Assembly (NCBI GenBank): GCA_963795855.1
Contig: CAWCIZ010000002.1
Coordinates: 320,001 to 384,000 of the forward strand
Source: Vulcanimicrobiota bacterium
Lineage (GTDB): Bacteria > Vulcanimicrobiota > Vulcanimicrobiia > Vulcanimicrobiales > Vulcanimicrobiaceae
Length of the DNA: 64,000 bases
Direction: 5' to 3'
Position 1 is the stretch's first letter, and each line of letters begins with the position of its first letter. Positions 19,870 through 30,926 of this stretch are shown one piece after another. The notes beneath the pieces are model-generated. The model was not told the DNA's origin. It did not search any database and worked only from the letters and a program-made list of their open reading frames with translations. A program made the position numbers and the translations under genes.

Positions 19870-20726
19870 TACTCTACGCTCGGGTTGAGTTCGCTGATCT
19901 TTACGGCGTATTTATCGTCGACGACCACCACTTCGCCGCGCGCGATCAAAATGTTGTTGACATAGAGATCGATCGGGTCGGTCGAGAGTTTGTCGAGTTC
20001 GAAGACGCTTCCCGACTGGAGCGTGACGACGTCGCGAAGCGTCAGAGCGGTCTTGCCGAGCACCGCGCTGATCTGCAGCGGAACGTCGTGCACCAGATCC
20101 AGATTGTTGCCGCCGTGCGAACCGCGAGACGCGGACGGCGCCATCGGCGCGAATGAAACCGGATGTGCAGGCGGCGCTGCCGGCTGCCGGCGTTTGGGCT
20201 CCGCAGCTGCAGGCTCCGCGGTGCCGCCGATCTTCGAGAGGGCGATGCCGTCGAAATCGATTGCAATCTCGGGGGCCGCGTCCGCGCCGACTTGAACGGT
20301 ACCTTCGTACGAGGCGAACGGCGGGGCCGGAAGATTCGTGGCGTCCGTGCAGAGGTCGGCGTGCACGCCGTCCGTGCTCGCTCCCAGGCCTTTTGCGAGT
20401 TGCTCCGCCATCGCGGCTGCGATCTGCGACACCGTTTCAGAAACGATGGAGAGCTGCATCGCGCCCATTTCAGCGCCGTCGTCGGCGCCGCCGAGCATGA
20501 GGTTCACGATGTTCGAAATGTCGGCGGCCGCAAAGCGTACCACGACGTGAATGCCGAGCGATGGAATCTGCGCGACGGTAACGAGCGTTCCGCCGTCGAT
20601 TTTTATTGAGCCTTCGTGATCCTTGCGCGTCACGGCGGACGCGGCAACGGGCTGTTCGACGAGCCGGCCGAGGACCGTTCCGGCCGCCTCCAGCATCGAA
20701 TCGGTGAGCTGTTGAATGTCGGGCAT
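19869..20726 (-). CDS. fliN: Motor switch protein FliN/FliY (degenerate CheC-like N-domain plus SpoA domain)
   Basis: NLDLVHDVPLQISAVLG ... IARGEVVVVDDKYAVKI. Confidence 0.9.
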   Translation of the reverse strand: MPDIQQLTDSMLEAAGTVLGRLVEQPVAASAVTRKDHEGSIKIDGGTLVTVAQIPSLGIHVVVRFAAADISNIVNLMLGGADDGAEMGAMQLSIVSETVSQIAAAMAEQLAKGLGASTDGVHADLCTDATNLPAPPFASYEGTVQVGADAAPEIAIDFDGIALSKIGGTAEPAAAEPKRRQPAAPPAHPVSFAPMAPSASRGSHGGNNLDLVHDVPLQISAVLGKTALTLRDVVTLQSGSVFELDKLSTDPIDLYVNNILIARGEVVVVDDKYAVKISELNPSVE

Positions 20727-20732
20727 TGCGGC

Positions 20733-21725
20733 TTATTCGTCCTCGCTGGTGATGACGTCGGAAACTTGCACGGCGATGCGGTCTTTGTTCACGCCGGGAT
20801 AGACGCGAAACTTCTCGCGTTCGTTGACGCGAGCCACGAGCGCCGAGTCGGTCGGTTTATCGAACAGGACCAGGTCGCCGGGCTGCAGCGCGACCAAATC
20901 GCGCAGCGAGACCGTCGTGCGGCCCAATTCAACCTGAACGTCCACGTCGGCGCGCTCGACGTTGCGCGCCAGTTGCTGGATGTCTTCTTCCGTCATGCCG
21001 CGGCCGGCGATGACCGTCGGCGACCATTGGAAGTCGGTGAGTTGCGTGCCGATCGACTGCAGCACGAGGTACGGCAGGCAGAAGTTCATGACGCCGGCCA
21101 TGTCGCCGACTTTGAGTTCCATCGAGACGTAGGCGACGATTTGATCGAGCGGGATGATGCGCGGGATGAACTGAGGATTGGAATCGAGCGCCTCGATCTT
21201 CAACGAGAGCGTGAGCAGGTAGTTCCACGATTCACGGTAGCTGTTGAGCATGCGCGCCATGAAGCGCTGCATCAGCGTGCGCTCGATGTCGGTCAGGTCG
21301 CGAAGCTTCTGCGGGAACCACCCCGGGCCGCCGAGCAGCCGGTCGATGATTGAGAAGACCAAGTTCAAGTCGACTTGAGTGATGCCGCTGCCCGGCAGCG
21401 GATCCATCGAGAAGATCGAGAGGATCGACGGGATGCCGATGCTCGCGATGAAGTCGCCGTAACTGATCTGCTCGATGGAAACGATGCTCGCTTCCACGCG
21501 CGTGCGAAGATAGACCGAGAGTGAGTTGTTGAGCAGCCGAGTGAAGTTCTCGTGAAGCGTCCGCAGCGTCTGCAGCTGGTTGTTCGAGAACTTGTCGAGG
21601 CGCTTGTTGAAGCGGAAATCGAACGACTTGATCTTCTTGCCTTCGAGCGCCTCTTCGCGAGCGGCGGGCTCCGTGGCAAGCTGATTGATCAGCGCGTCAA
21701 TTTCTTCTTGCGAGAGACTGGACAT
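20733..21725 (-). CDS. fliM: Motor switch protein FliM
   Basis: LSQEEIDALI CheY-binding motif, IIDRLLGG, LTDIER. Confidence 0.97.
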   Translation of the reverse strand: MSSLSQEEIDALINQLATEPAAREEALEGKKIKSFDFRFNKRLDKFSNNQLQTLRTLHENFTRLLNNSLSVYLRTRVEASIVSIEQISYGDFIASIGIPSILSIFSMDPLPGSGITQVDLNLVFSIIDRLLGGPGWFPQKLRDLTDIERTLMQRFMARMLNSYRESWNYLLTLSLKIEALDSNPQFIPRIIPLDQIVAYVSMELKVGDMAGVMNFCLPYLVLQSIGTQLTDFQWSPTVIAGRGMTEEDIQQLARNVERADVDVQVELGRTTVSLRDLVALQPGDLVLFDKPTDSALVARVNEREKFRVYPGVNKDRIAVQVSDVITSEDE

Positions 21726-22499
21726 ATGACGGACTACTGCCCCTTTTCAGCTTTGAGAGGTTGGCATTGAGCAGCACGATGTCGACGCGACGATTTTCCT
21801 GTCGAGTCTCCGCCGTGCGGTTATCCGTCCGTGGATGATACTGTCCATATCCCGCTGCCGATATCCGCGTCGGGTTCAGGTGGTCGTCCTCCACCAAATA
21901 CCTGACCACGTTCACGGCGCGCGCGGTAGAGACTCCCAATTGCTCGGGTATTGAGCCGTCGCAATGGGCACGTCGTCCGTGTTGCCCTCGACCCGTATGA
22001 GGTTGTCGTTCTTCCTTAGAAAGGAATCGACGGCATCCAGAATTTTCTTAGTCTGCGGGCGCAGTTGGGCGCTTCCGCTGTCGTAATAACTCTTATCGGA
22101 AAGTAAAGTAATCACTAAGCCGCGGTGGTCCATGTGCACTTCGACCTGCGATTGCAGGCGATTGCGCTCCACGTACTGCTGGAGTTCCCGCTGAATTGCC
22201 GGGATGTTCGAAGCCGCATCGAAGCGGCGCTGCGCGTCCAGCCCGCCCTGCGGAGGCTCGTTCGCAGACCAAACGTTGTCGAAACCGCCGGACACGTCTT
22301 TGGCGAATCGCTGGAATTTGACTTTGCTGATTGTGGACATGGCGAACAGGATGATGAACAGCGCGAGCAGCAGCGTGATCATGTCCGCATAGGTCAACAG
22401 CCAGCGCATCATGCCGGCTGTCTCGACTTTGGTTTCTTCGGTTTTCTTGCGGAACCGGCTTTCGGCCGCGCGCGCCGCAGTCTTGATCGGCTGGCTCAT
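21697..22499 (-). CDS. motB: Stator protein MotB (indel near 21935; 3' end approximate)
   Basis: WLLTYADMITLLLALF, VEGNTDD, YPSNWE then STARAVNV, ENRRVDI. Confidence 0.93.
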
Positions 22500-23337
22500 C
22501 GAGCTCGGTGGAGTAGCTGGGCTGATCGACGACGGCGCCGCCCTCCTCGATCTCCGTTTCGCGTTCTTGCGGATCCAGAAACGCGTGCAGGCGCTCTTCA
22601 AGAAGCCGCGGGTTATCGCCGGCTTGAATCGAGAGAATGCCCTCGATCATGATTTCGCGCAGCAGCAGCAACTGTCCCGAACGTTCCTTAATTTTGTTCG
22701 CAATCGGAAGCCACAGCAGATTTGCCAGTAAGATGCCGAAAAACGTCGCAACGAACGCCTGCGCCGTTGCGCCGCCGATGTTTCCGGCTACGCTGGACGC
22801 TCCGTTCATAGCGGCGAGGCCCTTGAGCATGCCGATGAGACCGAGCACCGTGCCGATGATTCCGAGCGTGGGCGAGTAGCCGCCCATATTGCTGAATACC
22901 GCTTCCGCTTTCGTTCCGACTTCCTGCACGTGCGAAACTTCCGTCTCGAGGACTTTGCGGATGACGTCGGTATCGCGGCCGTCGATGACGAGTTGAATAC
23001 CTTTGCGCATGAAGTCGTCTTCGAGCGCGGCCGCCTCGTTTTCGAGTGCGAGCAAACCTTCGCGTCGCGCTTTTTCGGCAAACGATACGAGCGTCGCGAT
23101 GACGTCGCGTTCGTGGTACACCGGTTCGGAGAACGCGGTCTTCAAACCGCCGCCGAACCCTTTGATGAACGTGCGCATCGGAAACGAGATCATCGTCGCC
23201 CCGAACGTGCCGCCGAGGATGAGGACGAGCGCATCCCAGCGTCCGAGGAAGACGTGCGGATCCGTTCCACCCGCCCAGCCGGCGACGACGACGGCCCCAA
23301 AGGCAATAATGAGGCCTACCAGCGTAGCAAAGTCCAC
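22496..23337 (-). CDS. motA: Stator protein MotA (stop probably lost to an indel at the motA/motB ATGA junction)
   Basis: ARREGLLALE, PTLGIIGTVLGLI, ATFFGI, EGILSIQAGDNP. The ORF as given reads through to 22093. Confidence 0.95.
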
Positions 23338-23344
23338 CTATCCT

Positions 23345-23371
23345 GTATCGGCACCGCGGTTATCATCCTGA
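23345..23371 (-). promoter_or_regulatory. sigma28 promoter upstream of motA
   Basis: Minus strand TCAG-N15-GCCGATAC, 7 nt before the GTG start. Confidence 0.65.
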
Positions 23372-23391
23372 GCGCGGCGGGGGACCGCAAT

Positions 23392-23583
23392 CTACGGCGG
23401 CGGACCGTAAATCTTTCGTTTGAACTCGATGATTCGGCTTCGGATATCGTCCATCGAATCGCGGACGATCAGTTTGTTGCCGCTCACCAGCGTGATGACC
23501 GTATCCGGCGTCGGCTCGACCGATTCGATCAGATCGGCGTTCACCATGATGGGCTGCCCGTTGAGTCTCGTGAGTTGGATCAC
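23392..23583 (-). CDS. flbD: Flagellar protein FlbD/SwrD
   Basis: IQLTRLNG, NADLIESVE.TPDTVITL. Confidence 0.93.
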   Translation of the reverse strand: MIQLTRLNGQPIMVNADLIESVEPTPDTVITLVSGNKLIVRDSMDDIRSRIIEFKRKIYGPPP

Positions 23584-23595
23584 GACTCTTCCTTA

Positions 23596-23626
23596 TTAAA
23601 GGGACCCGCGGTTTCCCGCGGGTCCC
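23596..23626 (-). terminator. Intrinsic terminator-like hairpin after flgE
   Basis: Perfect 11-bp stem GGGACCCGCGG-GAAA-CCGCGGGTCCC followed by TTTAA on the minus strand. Confidence 0.7.
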
Positions 23627-23678
23627 CCGATGGGACCTCCGTGTCCCCCTAGCGCGTGAGGGCTAAGTCGTGCCTGCG

Positions 23679-25403
23679 CTAGTTCTCGCTGCCGCGGATG
23701 TTCAGGACCGTCATGAGGTTCTGGTCCGCCGTCGAGATGCCGCGCGTATTCGCCTCGAAGGCGCGCTGCGCGACGATCATCTTGGTGAACTCGTCCGCGA
23801 GTGAAACGTTGGACTGCTCGAGCGAACCCGAGATGATTGCGCCGTAGCGTCCGGTGTTCGCCGTTCCGATCTGCGCCAAACCGGAGTCAGCGGTTTGCTG
23901 GAAGCCGTTGCCGCCGGTGCGGTGCAGGCCGCCTTCGTTTTGGAACGTCGCGACCGCGACTTGCGCGATCGTCTTTTGCTGTCCGTTGGTGAACGAACCC
24001 AGCACCGAACCGTCTTGGCCGATCGTGATGTTGGACAGCGTACCTGCGGCGAAGCCGTTTTGGGCGAGCACGTTCGCCGTGGGCGATCCCGCGAGCGCCG
24101 ACATGCTGGAGAAGTCGAGTCCGATCGTTTGCGGCGCAGCGGACGCATCGCCCGCGGGCCACGCCGCGATTTGAACCGCATCGCCCGCGCCGCCGCCGCC
24201 CGCGCCGGACGGCGTCGGTGCGGTGCCCAGCGTGTGCACGTTCGCGCCGTTCACGTCACCCGACGTGTTGATGTACTGACCGTTCGCGTCGAACCAAATG
24301 TACCCGCTGCTCGCTCCGGCCGCCGGACTGGTTCCGTCGGCGAAGGCTACGGTGTACTTCCAGCGCGTTCCGGGCGCGACGGCGGTTCCGTTCGCGTCCT
24401 TCACCGACGCCGGAAGACCGGTCGTCGCACCCGTGACGTTGATCGTCGCGGTCTGCGTTCCCGGCATCGGCGTTTGCATCGTGAACGTGGCGCCGCCCAT
24501 CGTGATCGTTTGTCCCGGCGTCGCGGTCGTGCTGTTGCCCAGCGTGTCCGTGACCGTTGCCGACGTTCCGCCCGCGTTCGTCGTAACGGTGATCGTGTCG
24601 TTCTGACTCGTTGAACCGGCAACCGTTGCGGCAGCCGTGAGAACGCCGCCCGGATCCGCCGTGGCAATGCCTGCAGGCGTCGAGCCGGTCGTGTCCGGCG
24701 ACATCGTGATCGTCGCTTGATGCGCGTTGCCGAGCGAGTCGTAGATTGTCGTCGTCAGGACTTTGCTGGCCGGCGATCCGCCCGCGAGCGCCACGGAAAA
24801 TTGCGTTTGATCGAGCGATCCGCCGAAGCTCATGTCGAACTCTTTGTCGTTCGAGGGTCCGAGCTTCACGGAGTTGGGGCCGCCCGTTGCGGTGGCTTGC
24901 ATTTGCAGACCGAGCGGAACCGTGATCGTGCCGGGCGTTCCCGTTGCCGACACCGTGCCGTTGCCGTTCGCCATGAAGCCTTGAACCGCCAAGCCGGTCG
25001 CCGGATCGTACAGCACGCCGTTCGCGTTCAACGAGAACGCGCCGTCGCGCGTGTAGACCGGTTGTCCGCTTCCGTCCACGTTGCGCAGGACGAAGAACCC
25101 GTCACCATTGAGCGCGAGATCGGTGTTGACGCCGGTGGTTTGCAAGCCGCCTTGGCTGAAGTTCGTGTCGATCGTGTTGACCTTTACGCCGAGCCCGATT
25201 TCCTGCGGGTTCACGCCGCCGCTGTTCTGCGAGGGCGCCGTTGCATATCCGTTCTGCGACTGATAGAACAGATCGGCGAACGTCATGCGCTGGCCTTTGA
25301 AGCCGAACGTGCCGACGTTTGCAATATTGTTGGAGATCATGTCGATCTGGCTTTGATAAGCGTTCAGACCGGAGATGCCTGTAAACAGCGCATCGAATCC
25401 CAT
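23679..25403 (-). CDS. flgE: Flagellar hook protein FlgE
   Basis: GISGL...ISNNIANVGTFGFK, YTRDGAF, LEQSNVSLADEFTKMIVAQRAFEAN. Confidence 0.96.
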   Translation of the reverse strand: MGFDALFTGISGLNAYQSQIDMISNNIANVGTFGFKGQRMTFADLFYQSQNGYATAPSQNSGGVNPQEIGLGVKVNTIDTNFSQGGLQTTGVNTDLALNGDGFFVLRNVDGSGQPVYTRDGAFSLNANGVLYDPATGLAVQGFMANGNGTVSATGTPGTITVPLGLQMQATATGGPNSVKLGPSNDKEFDMSFGGSLDQTQFSVALAGGSPASKVLTTTIYDSLGNAHQATITMSPDTTGSTPAGIATADPGGVLTAAATVAGSTSQNDTITVTTNAGGTSATVTDTLGNSTTATPGQTITMGGATFTMQTPMPGTQTATINVTGATTGLPASVKDANGTAVAPGTRWKYTVAFADGTSPAAGASSGYIWFDANGQYINTSGDVNGANVHTLGTAPTPSGAGGGGAGDAVQIAAWPAGDASAAPQTIGLDFSSMSALAGSPTANVLAQNGFAAGTLSNITIGQDGSVLGSFTNGQQKTIAQVAVATFQNEGGLHRTGGNGFQQTADSGLAQIGTANTGRYGAIISGSLEQSNVSLADEFTKMIVAQRAFEANTRGISTADQNLMTVLNIRGSEN

Positions 25404-25493
25404 GTCTTTTGACCTTTCTTACAGATACGCGGCGCGTCTATCGATCGACGCCGCAGTCCGGAGCTCCGCAAGCGGTCCGCTCCGAGGTGAAAA

Positions 25494-25901
25494 CTAGCCG
25501 ATTATTGCCGCACTGTCGATGTTGGTGAACACGTTCTCCCGCATCGAATCTCCGTCTACCGCGGTGATGACGGTGCGATTTTTGACGCTCACGACCATGG
25601 CGACGTCGCGGAGCATGAAGAGCGATTGTTTCGCGCCCTTTTCCGCTGCTTTGTCGGCCATCGCGTTCATGCGCGCCATGTCTTCGCTGCTCAAGTGGAT
25701 GTTGCGCGACTGCAGACGCTGCATCGCGTGAGCCGAGAATTTGAGAGGCTGCGCCGTTGCCGTGCGCTGCTGCTGTTCGAGTACCGAACGGAAACTCGGG
25801 CCGGAGGTAGGCGGGATCTGTACCGGCGTGCCGGCCGGGCGCGGTGCCGGACCCGGGATTATGCCCGGCGTGCCGATCGCATTGAGATCCTTGGAGTCCA
25901 T
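25494..25901 (-). CDS. Flagellar operon protein (TIGR02530-like)
   Basis: LKFSAHAMQRLQSRNI, KNRTVITA, NVFTNIDSA. Located between flgD and flgE. Confidence 0.9.
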   Translation of the reverse strand: MDSKDLNAIGTPGIIPGPAPRPAGTPVQIPPTSGPSFRSVLEQQQRTATAQPLKFSAHAMQRLQSRNIHLSSEDMARMNAMADKAAEKGAKQSLFMLRDVAMVVSVKNRTVITAVDGDSMRENVFTNIDSAAIIG

Positions 25902-25904
25902 AGT

Positions 25905-26372
25905 TTAGTTGCCGATCCCCACGATTTCGCTCGTGGAAAACATCAACGGTTGCCCGTTGCCGTCTGAGATCGGTTTACCGTTGGCGCCGTTCATCGTGAA
26001 GTACGGCTGCCCGTTTTGCACTTCGATCGTGGAGACCGTGCCGGTTACCGATGACGTGTTGCCCGTGGCGTCCGGCGTGCTGACGGTGACGTTTTTGCCG
26101 ATGAGCGTAGCCGATTGCATCACGCCGAAGTTCGACTGGAAGTTTTGAAACGAGGTGTTCATCTCTTCCGTTGCGGACAACGCCGAGAACTGCGCGAGCT
26201 GCGCGACCGACTGCGTGTCGTCGACCGGCTGCATCGGATCCTGATTCTGCATTTCCGTGGTGAGCAGTTGCAGAAAAGCCGACGAGTTGAGGTTCGCGTT
26301 GAGTCCCGTACTCGACGACGAAGACGGCGTTTGCTGGAGCCCCGCTCCATTGAGTGACGAGATACCTGCCAT
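25905..26372 (-). CDS. flgD: Hook capping protein FlgD
   Basis: FLQLLTTEMQNQDPMQP, AQLAQFS, LIGKNV. Confidence 0.95.
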   Translation of the reverse strand: MAGISSLNGAGLQQTPSSSSSTGLNANLNSSAFLQLLTTEMQNQDPMQPVDDTQSVAQLAQFSALSATEEMNTSFQNFQSNFGVMQSATLIGKNVTVSTPDATGNTSSVTGTVSTIEVQNGQPYFTMNGANGKPISDGNGQPLMFSTSEIVGIGN

Positions 26373-26389
26373 GTTCTACTCCTTGGCGT

Positions 26390-27862
26390 TTACGCCAAAT
26401 AATTGAGCACGAGCGATTTGGCGCCGGTCAAAACCGGCGGACCGAATCGTGAATCCGCCCAAGCGTCTTCTTCAGCGGCGTCGCCTTGCAGCGTGCCCAC
26501 TTTGGCGAGTTGGCGGTGCTGCTGCGCGTGCTGCTGAGAGAAGCCGGGGTTTCCGCCCGAAACGTCGACGGAAAATTTGCCGAGCGAGAGACCCCCTTCG
26601 GCAAGCGCGCGCGCGAGCTGCTGCTGGTTTGAAAGCAGCATGTCGCGAACGTGCGCGTTCTGTGCGACGATGTTCGCGGAAATGGTGTTACCGGTGACGG
26701 TGAGTTTGAGTGAGACGTCGCCCAAATGCTCGGGCTGCAGACGCATGCGCACTTCCGACGTCGTGCCGAAATTGCGCAATGTGATGCCTTTGACGACTTG
26801 CTCGATGATCGACTGCGGGTCGATCGTGTAAGGCGCTGCCGCCGCGGTCGAACTCTGAACCGCCGCAGCGGTCGCAGTGTTGAGCGTGGAGGCAAATGCC
26901 GGAGTCGTCGAGCCGTTGCTGCCGTTCGTTTGCACGTGCGGCGCGTTCGAGACCGCGTTCTTTGCGAACGAGAACTCTTGCGACTGCTTGCCGCCGCCGC
27001 TCGAAGCGTTGTGCGACGAGTTTTGCGCGATCGCTTGCATGAGTTTCGCGAACAGCGCCGACGGAGAAGCGGACGCGTTGGAGACGGTTGCCGAGCGCGT
27101 CGCCGGAACGGCAGGCCGCTGCACGTCCGCATTCGCGGCGCGTGCGAGCATGCGGCCCAGCACGTCCGCGGATTGCGTCGTAATCGGCTGCGCGTCCCCA
27201 GACGTGTTTTGGGCGGGGGGTTGCGTTGCGCCTTGCGGAGCTGCGTTTTGCAGCTGCTGCACGACGCTTTGTAGAATCGAATCGGCAAGCGCGAGAGCAC
27301 CGGCCGGCGTTTGCGTGCCGCTCGGTTCTTTCGTTTGCTGCTGGGCCGGGGTTTCTTTCGCCGATTTGGCGTCCAAGACTGCTCCCGGGAATCGATTCTG
27401 CTGCCCTGCGGTTTCGGTTTGGAGTGCCCTCGTCACGGTGCTCACGAGTGTTGCGAGCCTTTGCTGGAGGGACGCGGCTTTTCTGACGCCGCTTTCACCC
27501 GGCGGACTCGTGCCCGGCGGGGCGAGTGCCGACGCCAACGCACGCTGAAGCGTACTTCGGCGCTGAGTGTTTTCCGCGTTTCCAGTCGCGCTTGCGAGCG
27601 CACCGGAGAGTTTCTGCGAAACGCGGTCGATGATGGTTGCGAGCGGCGTGCCGGTCTGGAGCAGACCCGCGAGCTGCGAAAGCAGATCGCTGCCGTCTAA
27701 TCCGAGCTGATCCAATTTCTGAACGAGGTCTGCGCCGAAGCTGAGATCCTTGAGCAGGCCTTTGGATTTAGCCGTGCCGATGCGGCCAGAAGCCGCATGC
27801 GAGACCGCCGCACCGATGTTTAGGACTGGTAAAGCCAAACGATATGTCACCCCCTTTCTCAT
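26390..27862 (-). CDS. fliK: Hook-length control protein FliK (start uncertain)
   Basis: Low-complexity N-terminal region, C-terminal MRLQPEHLGDVSL domain. Upstream of flgD. Confidence 0.85.
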   Translation of the reverse strand: MRKGVTYRLALPVLNIGAAVSHAASGRIGTAKSKGLLKDLSFGADLVQKLDQLGLDGSDLLSQLAGLLQTGTPLATIIDRVSQKLSGALASATGNAENTQRRSTLQRALASALAPPGTSPPGESGVRKAASLQQRLATLVSTVTRALQTETAGQQNRFPGAVLDAKSAKETPAQQQTKEPSGTQTPAGALALADSILQSVVQQLQNAAPQGATQPPAQNTSGDAQPITTQSADVLGRMLARAANADVQRPAVPATRSATVSNASASPSALFAKLMQAIAQNSSHNASSGGGKQSQEFSFAKNAVSNAPHVQTNGSNGSTTPAFASTLNTATAAAVQSSTAAAAPYTIDPQSIIEQVVKGITLRNFGTTSEVRMRLQPEHLGDVSLKLTVTGNTISANIVAQNAHVRDMLLSNQQQLARALAEGGLSLGKFSVDVSGGNPGFSQQHAQQHRQLAKVGTLQGDAAEEDAWADSRFGPPVLTGAKSLVLNYLA

Positions 27863-27878
27863 GGGATTCCTGATCATC

Positions 27879-27906
27879 TCATCGGCAGGGGGCAAGCGGA
27901 ATGTTA
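27879..27906 (-). promoter_or_regulatory. sigma28 promoter upstream of fliK
   Basis: Minus strand TAAC-N16-GCCGATGA, the same architecture as the cheY promoter. Confidence 0.6.
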
Positions 27907-28500
27907 GGGGCTGGCGGGCGAGCGCTCCGACGTGCGCAGCGCGTTCCGAATGATGCGATCGCCGCACTCGCTGAGTACGGATTCCGGATGAAACTGCACG
28001 CCGTGCACGGGCAGCGTCCGGTGGCTGATCGCCTGAATCAGGCCATCCTCGCTGCGGGCGGTGACGGCAAGGCCCTCCGGAAGCGTGGCCTCGTCAAGGC
28101 ACAACGAGTGATAACGGGTCGCGGTAAGCGGATTGGGGACGCCTTCGAAGATTCCGCTTTGCGCGTGCGAGATGACCGAGGTCTTTCCGTGCATTGGCGC
28201 CGGTGCGTGCACCACGCGCGCACCGAACGCCTCGCCGATGGCCTGCAGGCCGAAACATACGCCGAAGACCGGCACGCGTCTTTGCGCGGCGGCACGAATC
28301 AGCGCAACGACTGCGGGTGTTTGGCCGGGATTACCGGGGCCGGGCCCGACGACGAGCGCGCCGTATGCATCGAGCACGCCGGCGTCGCGCAGCCGCGGGT
28401 CGTCGTTCAAAAACACATCCGGCTCGACGTCTTGCGATGCGAGCAGATGCACCACGTTATACGTGAAGGAGTCGAAATTATCGACGAAGAGAACGCGCAG
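27904..28500 (-). CDS. trpG: Anthranilate synthase component II (glutamine amidotransferase)
   Basis: LRVLFVDNFDSFTYN, GPGPG, GVCFGLQ, RYHSL, GVQFHPES. The apparent start is CTG at 28500. Confidence 0.93.
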   Translation of the reverse strand: MRVLFVDNFDSFTYNVVHLLASQDVEPDVFLNDDPRLRDAGVLDAYGALVVGPGPGNPGQTPAVVALIRAAAQRRVPVFGVCFGLQAIGEAFGARVVHAPAPMHGKTSVISHAQSGIFEGVPNPLTATRYHSLCLDEATLPEGLAVTARSEDGLIQAISHRTLPVHGVQFHPESVLSECGDRIIRNALRTSERSPASP

Positions 28501-28502
28501 AC

Positions 28503-29840
<1,338 letters not shown>

Positions 29841-29853
29841 TTCCGAAGCGAGT

Positions 29854-30468
29854 TTACCGGTGCAGTTCGGGATGTTCCTGCGTCAGCCGAGCCGCATACG
29901 AAGCGGGAAGATTTTCGAGGATCGCGCCCACCGAATCGGGCGACATCAGTGCGAACACGCGGGCGACGTAGTCCTGCGGCAGTTTCTGAACGACCTGCGC
30001 GGCAGCTTCGGCATCCATGGCCGACCAAACGTCCGCGGTACGGCGCATATCCGGACTTGCCTGAGCGCTCAAATCGGCCGTGGCCGCGCTACGGGTCTGC
30101 GCCGGCGCTTGCGGAGCCGGTGCGGCCGGTTTCGCGGAGTGCGCAAGCGCCGCTTGCTCCTGCGCTTGGTTTAACTGCGTCTGCAGCTGCGAAATCTGCT
30201 TGTCGCGATCGCTCACTTGCGAGCGCGCGTCGGCGAGTTGGCTTTGCAGCGATGCGATGGCCGCGTTCTGCGACGAAATGATGCGCGCTTGCCCGATCGA
30301 ATCGAACGGCGCGGCAATCGGCTTCCACGCCGGTGCGAGCGGGCCGTTTGAAATCCACGTGCGTGACGGCGCCCACGAGAGTGCGCCGGCGATCAGCGCA
30401 ACCGCGATCGCGGGAATGAGCACACGTTTCCAGGGAAACGGCTTTCTGCGTTGTCTCGTAACGATCAT
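29854..30468 (-). CDS. MotE/YlxF-like flagellar protein (TM, coiled coil, MgtE_N-like C-terminus)
   Basis: WSAMDAEAAAQV..LMSPDSVGAIL repeats. Directly after fliJ. Confidence 0.75.
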   Translation of the reverse strand: MIVTRQRRKPFPWKRVLIPAIAVALIAGALSWAPSRTWISNGPLAPAWKPIAAPFDSIGQARIISSQNAAIASLQSQLADARSQVSDRDKQISQLQTQLNQAQEQAALAHSAKPAAPAPQAPAQTRSAATADLSAQASPDMRRTADVWSAMDAEAAAQVVQKLPQDYVARVFALMSPDSVGAILENLPASYAARLTQEHPELHR

Positions 30469-30926
30469 GATAGTCCTTGATTGGCGAGCAATAGAGCGTC
30501 GTGGCGCCGGTTGTTCGTATCGTCTAAATCGCGCTGCTCGCGCGCGGCTTCGAGCGCCCTATGTTCTTCGTAACGCCGGTCTTTGAGTTTCTCCATAACC
30601 TTGCGTTCTTTGCTTGCCGCAGCCAGGTCGGCGCGGGAGCGCTCGACGGCGGTGCGCCTCTGCGCGACGATCCCGAGCTGCATCGTCATGCACCGATCCA
30701 GGTATTCCAGATGCGCGTAATGCCAGCGGAGTTCTTCGCTGCTCAGGCTCGCGTGATCTTCGCGAAGCGCGAGCGAGTAACGCTTGAATTCCGCGTTCAA
30801 CCGCGCGAGCTCGTCCTCGGCCGCCTGCAGTTCGCGGCGGCGTTCCGCGAAGATGCGCTGCTTCTCGTCTTCGATGCGTTTGCGGTGGTTCAGCACCGGT
30901 GCGAGCGCGAATTTGAACTTCGGCAT
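30465..30926 (-). CDS. fliJ: Flagellar export protein FliJ
   Basis: FKFALAPVLNHR, KERKVMEKLK, EQRDLDD. Confidence 0.9.
   Translation of the reverse strand: MPKFKFALAPVLNHRKRIEDEKQRIFAERRRELQAAEDELARLNAEFKRYSLALREDHASLSSEELRWHYAHLEYLDRCMTMQLGIVAQRRTAVERSRADLAAASKERKVMEKLKDRRYEEHRALEAAREQRDLDDTNNRRHDALLLANQGLS

Noticed and set aside
22093..23337. Extended MotA or MotA-MotB fusion
   Set aside because: The extension is out of frame with MotB and looks non-coding; it is best explained by a 1-nt indel at the ATGA junction.
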